Origin: Octopus sinensis
Lineage: Eukaryota
DNA: 61,500 nucleotides
NCBI RefSeq assembly: GCF_006345805.1
Contig: NW_021832422.1
Location: 1-61,500, forward strand
Reading direction: 5' to 3'
Positions within the stretch are counted from its first letter, which is position 1; each line of letters opens with the position of its first letter. Below the pieces are notes generated by a model. That model was given only the letters and a program-made list of their open reading frames with translations, searched no databases and was not told the origin of the DNA. Positions 1 to 12,933 of the stretch are shown piece after piece. Position numbers and translations under genes: made by a program.

Positions 1-939
1 TTTCAATGTTGAAACAAAACACTTCTTTAATTGAAATTAATATCGCACAAATATGCGATCTGAAATTGTGGTTTTTGTAATGTCGTACATTATTTGCGAT
101 TTCGAAAATCATTAGGGCTTGCTTAATGTAAGAATCATATAGATATCAACGAACCAGTAGCGCGTTTATATCCGATATGACAAATGTATATATGTGCTTA
201 GTAAACCTGAATCATAAACACCAGTTCAACTGAGCCACTGTATACTATAAATTCATCTCTGTTTCTACTATAGCGTGTTACACTCTCGATATAGAGTTAC
301 AAATTTGGGAAATATTCTCATTGGTTCTGACGTTGCATAATTGGTGTTGGTCAAGTGATCACTTATGTTTTTCTGCAGCCTTGTAGCATTAAAGCCTTTA
401 GTATAACAACCAAAATGACAACCTACATACATTTACTAACTTATTATAGCTATGCTCCGGAGGAAGGTGGTAATCTATAAAATTTATAGTTTCTTGCTAA
501 ATTATTTTTCTCTGCTAGATTAAATACAATGCTGTACTACAAGCTTCTTTTTCTATTTTTACGTTGCATGATTTCAGTGCTTTTTTACGTATCTAATCCT
601 ATCGGAGAATCTAATTTCCTGAGCGTTTCATTAAAATGCTCTCTTGTCTTCGTAAGAACCTCTTCATAAAAAGATATCGCACATACCTGTCTTCTAAGAT
701 TTGTTTTTATGTTCAGTTATAATAAATCAATTTTACAATGATCGTGTGAGTTACTCTATACATTTGTGGAGAGCAAATATCTAATTCTAAAACAAGAAGG
801 TCACTGAACCTGTTTTCGAAGTTTCAGCCAGGTAAATCACATACTACTTTGAAGTCACTGTCAACAACATTCTTGAGTATTTGAATATAAATACAGCACG
901 CACATACACACATACATACACACACACACACCACACACA

Positions 940-972
<33 letters not shown>

Positions 973-996
973 GTGTGTGTATATATATATATAATT

Positions 997-1408
997 GCAG
1001 GAGTAGCTGTGTGGTAAATAGCTTGCTTACCAGCCACATGCTTCCAGTTTCAGTCCCAATGCGTGACACTTTAAGCAAGTATTTTCTACTACAGCCTCGG
1101 TTCGGGTAAAGCCTTGAGTGGATTTAGTAGATGGAAACTAAAAGAAGCCCGTCGTATATCTAGATATTTGTGTGTGAGGGTTTTCAATGTGCGTGTGTGT
1201 GTCTGTTTTGTTCTCCCCCCCCCACAACACTTGCCAACTGATGCTGGTGTGTTTACGTCCCCGTAACATAGCGGTTCGGCAAAAGAGACCGATAGAATAC
1301 GTACTATGCTTACAAAGAAAAAGTCCTGGGACCAACTTGCTCAACTAAACGATGTGCTCCAGCATGGCCGCATTCAGATGCCTGCAACAATTAAAGGGAA
1401 AAGAAAGA
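997..1408 (+). mobile_element. tRNA-derived SINE, family B (near full length)
   Basis: Head GCAGGAGTAGCTGTGTGGTAA...CCAGTTTCAGTCCC; body GCCTTGAGTGGATTTAGTAGATGGAAACTAAAAGAAGCCCGTCG; tail GCGGTTCGGCAAAAGAGACCGATAGAATA...CCAGCATGGCCGCA. Aligns by eye with 55050-55378 and 18826-19325. Confidence 0.85.
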
Positions 1409-1743
1409 ATATATACACACACATGTATGCATATATTATATTATTTATCCTAGTTATATAACAGCATAATATGTAAAGGCATACGGAGATTGTTGGGTTA
1501 TCCAGAGGTAGACTCATTATAGTACATTTAAAGACGACGCTACGCTTTTCACATGTAGAGACGTTTCTTCCTACGCGGGTATAATGCCCGTGTCAGACAA
1601 ATTTCTCGTGCAAGGCTTGAGCTGACGTAAAGCTATTGGAAATATAGAACGGGCAACGAACTGAGATATTCCTAATTGTAGAAGAGCCATCTGCACTAGA
1701 AAGGCGCTTTGGTACACTGTAGATTAACAAGAGCTGCGTTCCT

Positions 1744-1980
1744 GGTTGATCAGATCAACGGAAGAGCTCAGCATTCTCGAGAGACGCTCAATGAGGACGG
1801 AGGTCTCTGGGAGATTCAACATGATACAGAATATGACAAGGGTAGTCCCCTTTCAGTTACAAGTACTATTTAATATACTAACGCAGCGGGATGGAGAAAT
1901 AAAGTGTCTTGCTCTAGGACACCGTGCACTGCCGGAAAGCGAACCCGGCGACTTACGATCGCAAGCTGAACACAGTAACT
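1744..1980 (-). mobile_element. tRNA-derived SINE, family C (degenerate)
   Basis: The reverse strand gives a tRNA-like head (GTGTTCAGCTTGCGATCGTAAGTCGCCGGGTTCGCTTTCCGG) followed by GTGTCCTAGAGCAAGACACTTTATTTC, similar to 17262-17430 (+). Confidence 0.7.
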
Positions 1981-2313
1981 ACGATGGCAGGCACCTTCAC
2001 TACACAGACAAACGCAGATATGAACATGAAGACATATAAAAAGAGACGCAACTATGTATGGTTGAGAAAAAGTGAGAAAGTGACGGGTGGCTGGGAAGAC
2101 GGCGTATCACGCTGTTATATAACTAGGAGAAATAATATAAAACAATGTTATATAAGGCTTCTCTCGCATAATTTTCTTGCTTTTTTTTATTATTTATTAT
2201 TATATGAGACTCAAACATAATCGCAGTCACGAGCGAAAACGTATGCCAAACCACTTCCATACAGATAAATGCATATATATACATATATATAGATATGTAT
2301 ATATATATAATAT

Positions 2314-2346
<33 letters not shown>

Positions 2347-2439
2347 GCATATATATATATGTATATATGTACATATAATATTATATATATATATATATAT
2401 ATATAAATATAGATGGATGTATGTATGCACATATATATG

Positions 2440-2470
<31 letters not shown>

Positions 2471-2551
2471 AGTATGTTTTATATATATATAACTATATAT
2501 ATATATATATATATATATGTATACTTATAATATGACATGTATATATATATG

Positions 2552-2590
<39 letters not shown>

Positions 2591-3325
2591 GTATTATAAT
2601 TATTCATATATAATTTAGATATATATATATATAATATAAATATATATATATGTAGATTATAATATTATTATATATATATATATATATATTATAATATATA
2701 TATACACATGCAGCTATCGCCCAGCATAGACAACCACGAAAACATGCACACACCCCCCACATACACACACTCTCACACACAGGTACAAATGCGCAAAATT
2801 ACTAAGCTGAAAAAATACAATTCTGAAGAAGAATCATAACAAAAAATTTTTTTAAAGAAACTTTTAAATGAAAATGAGAAAAAATGCAAGCGTGAAATAC
2901 AATCAGACAGTTTTACTCGAATTTCAATGCACAAAGGGAGATAATGCAATGAACCATATAGAATTTAAATCTATGAAAAAAGCTTAACGTTCAATGAAAT
3001 ATATAATATGCGCTTGAAGAAATACACAGACAAATATATATACATACACACACAACCACACACAAATAGGCACACACGTACACAAACATACGCATATATA
3101 TATACATATTTACAAATTTATATAAGTAGATATATATATATATCTAATATTTGTTTTATTCATGTATATATATGTATATACATATGCACACATATTTATG
3201 CATATATATGTATGTGTGTATCTATGTATGAGAAAATATTTTAGCGTATACTAGCAAAGGGATAGGTATAAACATTGATACATACATTGTTATACATATA
3301 TACAAAGGTATACATGTATAAATGA

Positions 3326-3356
<31 letters not shown>

Positions 3357-4120
3357 TATTATATATATGTATATATATATACATCTATCCTGATATACGT
3401 GTTTATATATGTATGCACATACATTTACATACATCTATGTATATATACAAACATAGATGTATACATATATATATATATATATATATATTTAGTATATGTT
3501 TATATGTCGATGTGTGTGTGGGTGGGTTGATATGTGCACGCGTGCGCATAAGTTTATGTATACATAATAAGGGTTGATCATCAAACACACAAAAACGGAG
3601 GAAAACCGTTTTGTTGTAAAGAAATCTAAGACATAAAGGATATTAGTTCTTTTTACACACACACAAAGACAACGAATATATAAGCAAAATTCGACATAAA
3701 ACACACAAAAGACAAATATAATGAGGTAACATTGCATATAATAAAAAAAATATTTTGTGAAAGAACATTGAATGAATGAAAGTCGTAAAAGATAAAAGGG
3801 CGACAGAAAAGAGCAGACTTAGAAACAGGAGAGGAGGACGAAAAGGGAGGTAACTGTAGCAGAAGGAAACGGGGAGAAAATTGTCGAAATGACAAAAGCT
3901 AATAATGATATGTGTTTTAACTTACAATATATGTGTGTATGTGTGTGTGTATATATACTAATCTCTGTATATATGTATATAGGTATGTGAATGTAAATGT
4001 ATATGTGTGTGTGTATATACACACACATATATATATATATACATATGCATTTATATATATATATGTATATATAAATGCATATACATGTATATATATATAT
4101 ATATATTATATATATATATG

Positions 4121-4211
4121 CATCCCTGCTTCCATTTCCTGAGCGCCTATTAATAATAATACTGTTAATTGTTCCATTGTTGTTGTTTTTTTGTTTCCCG
4201 TTTGGATTAAA
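4121..4211 (+). mobile_element. Family D non-autonomous repeat, 3' fragment
   Basis: TTTCCTGAGCGCCTATTAATAATACTG...TTGTTCC...GTTTGGATTAAA(TA)n matches 15051-15140 and 53250-53338. Confidence 0.7.
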
Positions 4212-4256
4212 ATTATATATATATATATATATACATAAATACATACATATATATAT

Positions 4257-4342
<86 letters not shown>

Positions 4343-4869
4343 ATGTATATGCATTATATATGTACATATACACCCGTAATGACACAATACATGGAAAGAG
4401 AAAACTTTCTCTACGTTATCGCCAGTGAATTTGCCTTTTAGTACTTGAAATGTGTCCCAAACCTACTTCAGGTAATTCAAACTTTGCTTATACCTATACA
4501 CAACTTGGCGTTAAAATTTCGATAATTTGCACAACTTGGTGTTCTGCAGCACAAATGAGTCAATCTTATTGAATGTATTTCATGTGAAGCTGTATCTTTC
4601 AAAGGCCTGTTCAGAGTTTCCTGTCTAAAGCATGTCCCATTGATAACAGCTAAGTAGCTAGAAAGCCATGCCGAGGAATCCTGACTGTTAGTGACACTGG
4701 ACGAATATGATGTTTTTACACCTTTTTACCTGAAGCGAAAATTATTTTCGACTCCAATTGCAGTGAATTTACATTTTTGCAGGTGAAGTATTTCGCTAAC
4801 ATATTTGAAATAAGCAAACCTTGCTTATATGTGTGTGTGTGTCTGTGTGTGTGATATATTTATGTGTAC

Positions 4870-5098
4870 GTGTTTTTGTGTCTATGTTTATCTCCCACTA
4901 TCCTTCGATAACGTCTCCGTAATCTAGCGCCGAATGTAAGCACCTAGTGTATGTTTACGTCCCCGTAAACGAGAACAGTGAAATAAGTCCTAGGTTTAAA
5001 AACTATGAACTGGCTTGATTCCTTCGAACAAAATCATTCAAGATATTGCTCCAGCATGACCGCAATCTAGGATTGTAGCATGTAAAATGTGAAAGATA
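4870..5098 (+). mobile_element. SINE family B, degenerate 3' part
   Basis: GTGTATGTTTACGTCCCCGTAA...AATAAGTCCTAGG...GCTCCAGCATGACCGCAATC corresponds to the 3' half of 997-1408. Confidence 0.6.
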
Positions 5099-6283
5099 CA
5101 TAATCCAGTAACCCTATATCTGGATGGCAAAACACTCTTACGTAACCGAGAAAAACTCATGAAACGCTCTCCCCAGTTCTATAAGCGTATCATAAATTTC
5201 TGTTCCGATCGCTGCGATTTTCTAACTATTTGTGGACTGTTTGGTGCGTTGTGATTTTTATCACTTTATCTCTCGTTGCTCTTCGACAAATTAGACACCA
5301 AATACGTAACACACGGTGCGATACTTCAAACGACGCCGATTTGAGAGACGAAGTGAGGTAATATAAAAAATAGAAAACAAGCATCTCACTATTGTAAACA
5401 AATCATTTTTATGCAATTTGTTTGGCCGGAAATTGTAGAACTGTCTCTCTAGATCTACGAGAGACAACAAGCATTAGTAGGTACATATAAACATACATAC
5501 ATATATACATAAACATACACACACACACGCATATATATATATATATATATATATACTTACATAATTACATACATGCACATACATACGCAGGTGTTTTGAC
5601 ACACATGTATATACATATACATATACACAAACACACACATATGTATAGTGAGATAAGAGAGAGAGAGAGAGTAAACGAAAGATAAAATAATAGACAGGGG
5701 GAGGTCGAGGAGGTGGGAAAGATGAGGAGAGAGCGTGAGACATGGAGAGCGAAAGGAAGAAAGACCGGGCCAGACTGAAAAAAATATATATAATTATTTC
5801 CACAATGAAAAATTTAACAATGATATTTAAATCATCATCATCATCATCATTATCATCATCATCGTCATCATCATCATCTTCATCAACAATAGCCACAACA
5901 ACAAAACAATTTTAAAAAGCCAATAAATCTAAAAAAAATATTAAAATGATGTTTGATGTTGAATAATTAAAACGAAATCAAGATATCAACTCGTGTTTCC
6001 CTTTTAATATAACCGAAATGAAGAAGAAGAAGAAAAAAAAATGGCCATAAAATAAAAAAAATCCTCCCAAACAATTCCTCAGATCTACCCAGAACTTCTC
6101 CAACACCCGCTTACTCCTCAAACACCCCGAAAGAAATTTTTTCGTTTTGTTTTTGATTTGGTATCGATCTAAGAAATATTAAAAATATCTTTTAATGTCT
6201 AATCGAAATTGTTCTCTCGCTTCATGCTCTTTCTTCTCATTCGAGCAACAATTGTGGTTGCTGTTGTTATTATTCTTATTGGT

Positions 6284-6680
<397 letters not shown>

Positions 6681-6718
6681 TGAGGCGCGCTCACGCAAAA
6701 TCGTTGGGACGCTGAATG

Positions 6719-6850
6719 AAATGCTTACCGGTAGTTCACCTGTCTTTGTGTTCTGAGTTCGACTTTGCCTTTCATCCTTTCGGGAAAGATGAAAGAAGCA
6801 CCAGTTGCGCACTGGGTCGATCTACTCGACTTGATCCCTTTCCCCAGATA
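6719..6850 (+). mobile_element. SINE family A, partial
   Basis: GAAATGCTTACCGGTAGTTC...GTTCTGAGTTCGACTTTGCCTTTCATCCTTTCGGG...CACTGGGTCGAT matches 47713-47921. Confidence 0.75.
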
Positions 6851-7155
6851 TTTGTAGTGAGAACTGAAACAAGAATAGAAAGAAATATGTAAGGCATGGA
6901 GATTTTGCGAAGACGGACGCAGTACGTGAAAGAGGGGGTGGGGAGAGAAAGCGGGAGTCAGAGACAGAGATGCAGGGAGGGAGAAAGACTAAAGAGTGAG
7001 ATAAAGTGAGCGAGGGAGAGAGAGAGTGAGAGTGAGAGACAGTGAGTACGATCAAGAATTGAAACAGGTAGAAGAGAAAGATATACGGTAGAAAGGATTA
7101 TTTTTATTGTTGTTGTTGCTATTAACGTTTTAAGGCAGTGAGGTGGCTGCCTCAA

Positions 7156-7201
7156 AACACAGCGTTTCGGCTGATATATCCTCCAGCCTTCATCAGGTGT
7201 C
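7156..7201 (-). ncRNA. Minimal type-I hammerhead ribozyme motif (cleavage triplet mutated to GCU)
   Basis: GACAC-CUGAUGA-A-GGCUG(GAGGAUAUAU)CAGCC-GAAA-CGCU-GUGUU: core intact, stems I and II intact, U16.1 changed to C. Confidence 0.6.
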
Positions 7202-7266
7202 TTGGGGGAAATTTCGAACCCGGGTTCTCATTACTAATGTATTGCTTTTTCGATGTTATAATAATA

Positions 7267-7362
<96 letters not shown>

Positions 7363-7366
7363 TTTA

Positions 7367-7430
<64 letters not shown>

Positions 7431-7540
7431 CATTATATATTATTAATATTATTATTATATTATTATTATTTATTATTATTATATTATATTTTAATTATTA
7501 TTATTATTATTATCATCATTATTATTATTATTCAGGTCAC
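7156..7540 (-). mobile_element. Family E retroposon: end of tRNA-like head + (AAT)n linker + hammerhead-bearing tail
   Basis: Minus strand reads GTGACCTG-(AAT)n-AACATCGAAAAAGCAATACATTAGTAATGAGAACCCGGGTTCGAAATTTCCCCCAAGACACCTGATGAAGGCTGG...CAGCCGAAACGCTGTGTT. The head end matches 58956-58970 and the tail matches 60615-60725. Confidence 0.75.
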
Positions 7541-7696
7541 CCAGGTTCGAAACTTCCCCAAGACACATGACGAAGGCTGGAGGGTATAATCAGCTGAAAC
7601 GTTGTGTTAACAACAAACGACATGAGGACAAATATCCTTCAAACGTAAATAATGTGAATAATGCTTATAATTCCTCATCTCTTAAACATAGAACTG
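7539..7696 (+). mobile_element. Family E tail, inverted relative to 7156-7232, with hammerhead motif at 7562-7608
   Basis: ACCCAGGTTCGAAACTTCCCCAAGACAC-ATGACGA-AGGCTGGAGGGTATAATCAGCT-GAAA-CGTT-GTGTTAACAACAAAC...CTTAAACATAGAACTG; core C3 changed to A. Confidence 0.75.
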
Positions 7697-8049
7697 TAAG
7701 GTTCCTCAGCTAAAATTCTAGGGCCTCGGCCTATAATACATTATTAGTAGCACTAGCAGTAGCATCAAAAGTGTTTTCTGCAAAGGCATGCTACTGTTCA
7801 TCACAGCCTCATTATAATTTTTAACATCATTTTTTTATAATATTTTTTTTCGTTTTAATAATCATCATTAAAAATTGTCTTCATTATTGACATCGCTAAC
7901 ATGACTTATGCATTTGTTATGAAGACGCAAAAGAGATACCATATGGGGGCTAGGAATAGCAGCTAAATCTCTCTCACTTGAAGCTTTATGAATAATCACT
8001 TGTTAGTTAATGTAATCCTGTGTACACACTTTATTCCAAAAAAAAAAAA

Positions 8050-8116
8050 ATAAATAATAATAAAATAATAATAATAATAATAAAACAATAATAATAATAA
8101 TAAAATAATAATAATA

Positions 8117-8151
<35 letters not shown>

Positions 8152-8238
8152 TAATAATAAATAATAATAATAACAATAATAATAATAATAATAAATAATA
8201 ATAATAATAATAAATAATAATAATAATAATAATATAAC

Positions 8239-8287
<49 letters not shown>

Positions 8288-8445
8288 GGAAGGTCACAGC
8301 AGGAACGCTTTTGATCGTTATTTTGCTTGCTCTTAGATAAACAACAGCACCGTCATCATCATCATCATTATCATCGTCGCCATTATCTTCATTATCGTTG
8401 CCATCATCATCAACATCATCATGAATATCATCATCTTCATCATCG

Positions 8446-8476
<31 letters not shown>

Positions 8477-8638
8477 TATCATCGTCGCCATGATCTTCAT
8501 TATCGTTGCCATCATCATCAACATCATCATGAATATCATCATCATCATCGTCATCATCATCATCATCATCATCATCATTATCATCGTCGCCATGATCTTC
8601 ATTATCGTTGCCATCATCATCAACTTCATCATGAATAT

Positions 8639-8679
<41 letters not shown>

Positions 8680-8750
8680 TCGTCGTCATCATCAACATCA
8701 TCATCATCATCATCATCATCATTATCATCATCATCACCAGCATCAGTCAT
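8050..8750. repeat. (AAT)n tract followed by (CAT)n tract containing a 3-copy, 102-108 bp higher-order repeat
   Basis: The unit TCATCGTCGCCAT(T/G)ATCTTCATTATCGTTGCCATCATCATCAAC...ATGAATATC recurs at 8371, 8479 and 8581. Confidence 0.95.
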
Positions 8751-8799
8751 CATTTATAAAACTTCGCTTCTCATGTCCAATTGTAAAGTTTTCTTTCTC

Positions 8800-9790
8800 T
8801 CCCTTTCACGGTTTCTCTCTCACTCACTCTCTCTTTCTCTCACTCTCTCTCTCTCACTCTCTCACACACATACACACTCTCTCCTATAACTATGCCTGCT
8901 TCTCTCTCCTCTCTCCATCTTTCACTAACCATCATCATCTCTCTTTCGTTCTCTATGTCTCTCTTCTCCCCCTACTCTCTCTCTCTATATATATATATAT
9001 ATTTTTTTTTCTTACTATTTATCGCTCTTCCCTATTTCTTTCCCCCTCTCTCAATTTCTCCCTCACCCCCACATCTTCTGTTTGCGCATGCATGTGCACA
9101 TACATAGATACCCCCTTCATTCTCACATCACCATTGAATTACTCTATATTTCTCTCTCCCTCTGCCCCCTCTCTCTATCCCTCTACCGCTCTCTCTCTCT
9201 GCCCCTTCTCTCCCTTATCCCCTCTCTCACTCCCACAGCCCCTCTCTCCCCCTTTGCTCCACTCACCCTCAGCCCGTCTCTCTTTCCCTCATCCTCTCTC
9301 TCTCCTTCAGCTCTTCTCTCCCATTCAGCCCTTGTCTCTCTCCCTCTGCCCCTCGTTCTCTTCCTCAGCCCCTCTCTCTCCCTCATCCCTTCTCACTCCC
9401 TCTGCCTTCTCTCTCTCTCTCTTCCCCTCTCTCTCTCTGCCCCTCTCTCTCCTTCTGCTATTCTCTGTCTCCCCCTGTCCCTCTCTCTCTCCCTCTGCCC
9501 CTCTTTCTCTCCCTCTGCCCCTCTTTCTCTCCCTCTGCCTCTCTCTCCCTCATCCCCTCTCACTCCCTCAGTCCCTCTCTCCCGCTTTGCTCTACTCACC
9601 CTCAGCCCGTCTCTCTTTCCCTCATCCCCTCTCTCTCTCTTCCACCATCTCTCTCTCCCTCTCTTTCCCCATTTCCAAAACCAAATTTTACTATTCAATA
9701 CAATCTTTATATTTTTCTCTCTTTTTTCCTCATTTAATTTCGTTTCCCATCCCATCCCCCCTCCTCCCCCACCGCTTTCCTTTTCATCTC
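8800..9790. repeat. About 1 kb CT-rich polypyrimidine low-complexity tract
   Basis: Almost purine-free on the + strand; internal duplicate CTCACCCTCAGCCCGTCTCTCTTTCCCTCATCC near 9260 and 9595. Confidence 0.9.
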
Positions 9791-10461
9791 ATATTTATTT
9801 TATTTCCATTTTCCTTTCTTCATCCTTCATCCTTTTATCTCATCGCTGTTATTGCCAATATTTTATTGGAACAATTTTATAAGTGAAAGAAAGAAAAAAA
9901 AAAGATTAAATAATTAAAAATAAACAAACAAGGATCGGTACCAAAAACAAAAAAAAAAAAAAGGAACAACAAAATAATTATAAATTTGATAGAAGATTGT
10001 TAAAACTGAGGAAAGCGGTCGGAAGGATTTTCTAGGTGTGATGCTTTCATGTTAAGATGTTTGATGGTTTCCAATTATTTTTAATTATTTCCACTAATAC
10101 GTATTAACGCAATTACAGCGATATGGTAAAACACAGTTATATAGACCGTGGACACGTACGCATAATTCACATACACGTAGATATATATTTGTCTGTGTGA
10201 GTGAAGAGATACACACACACACATACGCACACACACATATACATGTTCTGTTATGTACACTTATATGGGCATTTCTTTATATGTATGCAGGTGCATATAT
10301 CTCTGTGTGTTTGTATATGAGCTCATTTTTGTGTGTATATATCTTTATGTATATACAGTCATATATATAAATAATATATATATATATAATATGCAAATAA
10401 TGTATATATATATATCTATCTATCCATTTTCCTCTCTCTCTCTCTCGCGATATATATAATA

Positions 10462-10494
<33 letters not shown>

Positions 10495-10527
10495 GTGTGT
10501 GTGTGTGCGTAGATATGTATATACATG

Positions 10528-10576
<49 letters not shown>

Positions 10577-10926
10577 TTATATATATATATACATATGTAC
10601 ATATATATATACATATATATATGTGGGTGTCTGTGTGTACGTGGGTTTACATATATATGTACATATGTATAAGTATGTACGCATGTATGTATGGGTATCT
10701 GTATGCATTTTATGCACGTGTATACGCGTGTGTATGTATCTTCATGAAGAGAATAATTCACTTTGCTTTTAACACGTGTGACACGTGTGACACGAGTTGA
10801 CGTTTGTAAACATAAGAGCTTCCAAACGAAATGAAAAAAAAACCCACCTGGATTTATTTCGCGTATGTAAAGCATTTCCTCTAGTTTATACATTCAAAGC
10901 AGTTTTCCCCACGCGTATGCACCCTG

Positions 10927-10992
<66 letters not shown>

Positions 10993-11192
10993 CATCATCA
11001 TCATGAATATCATTGGTGCCTTATTGTACCATTTATCTACTTTTATATATATATAATTATATATATATATATATATAGTGTATATACATATATCTATATA
11101 TATATATATATACAATATATATATATACATATATGTATGTATATATATATATGTATACATATATACATATATATATTATATATATATATATG

Positions 11193-11241
<49 letters not shown>

Positions 11242-11542
11242 GCATCTATGTATGTATATATAATATACACATGTGATATCTATGTTTATGTGTGTGTATA
11301 AATGCAGATTGTAAATTCTTATCTGCTGCATAATGTAAAATAAATTTCGCCAAAACAAGGCTTTAGGTGACTTTTGTACATATTACAATAGATAAACATG
11401 AGAATTTTGCATTCGTTTAAATTTGATGTTCAATGGAGCGTTCTCACGAGATTTGGGATTTCACTGAAGACTGTTTTTTTGTTTTTGTTTTTTCTCTCAC
11501 TTCTGAGCTTTTGCTTTACAGTTATGCAATTATGACTATGTG

Positions 11543-12165
11543 TTGTCAATATCCCGAGCATGCGCATTTATATGTTGTCACACAAGATGTCATGTACAGA
11601 CGCATGCACATCATTACATTTCTCCATGTATGAACACACGCACCGCGCCACACACATACACAATGATATAGGTGAGCGATATTAATAGCCAGTCCCTAGA
11701 ACTCAAAATACATTGTGTTTTCAAATTTCTGCACAAGGCCAGCAATTATGAGGAAGTTGCAGATCAATTTCTTCGACCTCATTATTCCGCTGGCATGTAT
11801 TTCAACGCTCCCGAAATGATGAACAGTAAAGTCCACTCCAGGAGAATTTGAACGAAATGCCGCAAAACGTGCTAAAGCTGCTACCATTTCGGCATCTTTT
11901 ATGATATGATATGGTGACTGCAAACTGTTGACACAGGGTCGGTGATTTTGTGGAAGAGGTAGTTGAATATATCAGCTGGTACTTATTTTATCGACCACCG
12001 AATGATGAAAAGCAAACTATTCTTTGAAAGGAATTGAACTCAGAACTTTAAGACAGTGTTTTGGTAATATCCAGCGCATGCGCCTTATATGGTATCACAC
12101 AAGATGTCAAGTACAGACGTATGCGCATCCTTACACTTGACCACGTGTAAACACACGCTCGCCGC
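11543..12165 (+). repeat. Pair of about 105-bp diverged direct repeats (11543-11650, 12061-12165)
   Basis: AATATCC.G.GCATGCGC.TT.ATATG.T.TCACACAAGATGTCA.GTACAGACG.ATGC.CATC.TTACA is shared by both copies. Confidence 0.85.
11716..12058 (-). mobile_element. Two tandem degenerate SINE family A copies (about 11716-11885 and 11915-12058)
   Basis: TTTCAAATTTCTGCACAAGGCCAGCAATT..., GAGAATTTGAACGAAATGCCGC and GGTACTTATTTTATCGACC...GAATTGAACTCAGAAC are the reverse complement of the family A consensus. Confidence 0.7.
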
Positions 12166-12522
12166 AAAGCATTTTACTCGACAAGAAATCCGAACTTGTT
12201 TCTAAGTGTCGATATGAAAACGAATCCCTTTCAGTTGTCTTTAATAAAATGAAAGAATGAGACTGAAAACTAATATTTTGACTTGAGTTTCCCAGTAAAG
12301 CTATAATTACATACGGTATTTAGACATGCACGGGTATCTGAAATAGATAGAATCAATAGCTCACAGAATATAAGCCAAAACGTCATGACTGCTGCAACGA
12401 TGTGATCGATACGTTTCACCTGTAAATACGTACGCACGCGCTTTGGTTTGGGGTATCCTTTTCCTGTGATATATATATACGTATATACACACATACAAAC
12501 GCATATATATATATATACATAT

Positions 12523-12617
<95 letters not shown>

Positions 12618-12900
12618 TATGTAATAGATGTATATATACATATATTTATAGCACGTAATGGATGTGTGTGTCTGTGTGTCTGTGTTTATTAACAGTTGGA
12701 AGGTAGTGAGCAATTCGTTTCATAACATACTTTTACTATTGTTTTACAATAAAATATTTTATTGCACGTCTAACATTTCCTCGGTATTATAAAACTACTA
12801 TCGCCAAAAATATCGACTCATCAGCTTTATGTGTAAAGTTTTTGAATTTTGTTATACAGTAGAAAAAATTCCGGTGTAATGTTTTATTATGTATCACAAA

Positions 12901-12933
<33 letters not shown>

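Noticed and set aside
4480-4722. About 75-codon open minus-strand frame (GVKTSYSSSVTNSQD…)
   Set aside because: No start codon, no usable splice sites in frame, and no recognisable motif.
10772-10794. ACACGTGTG x2.5 tandem E-boxes
   Set aside because: Explained as a local slippage variant of the surrounding CA/GT repeats.
12315-12419. Minus-strand candidate exon with signal-peptide-like [24 protein letters not shown] and donor ACC|GTATGT
   Set aside because: The acceptor has a poor pyrimidine tract and no compatible downstream coding exon could be found in 1-12300. Hydrophobic short frames are common in AT-rich DNA.
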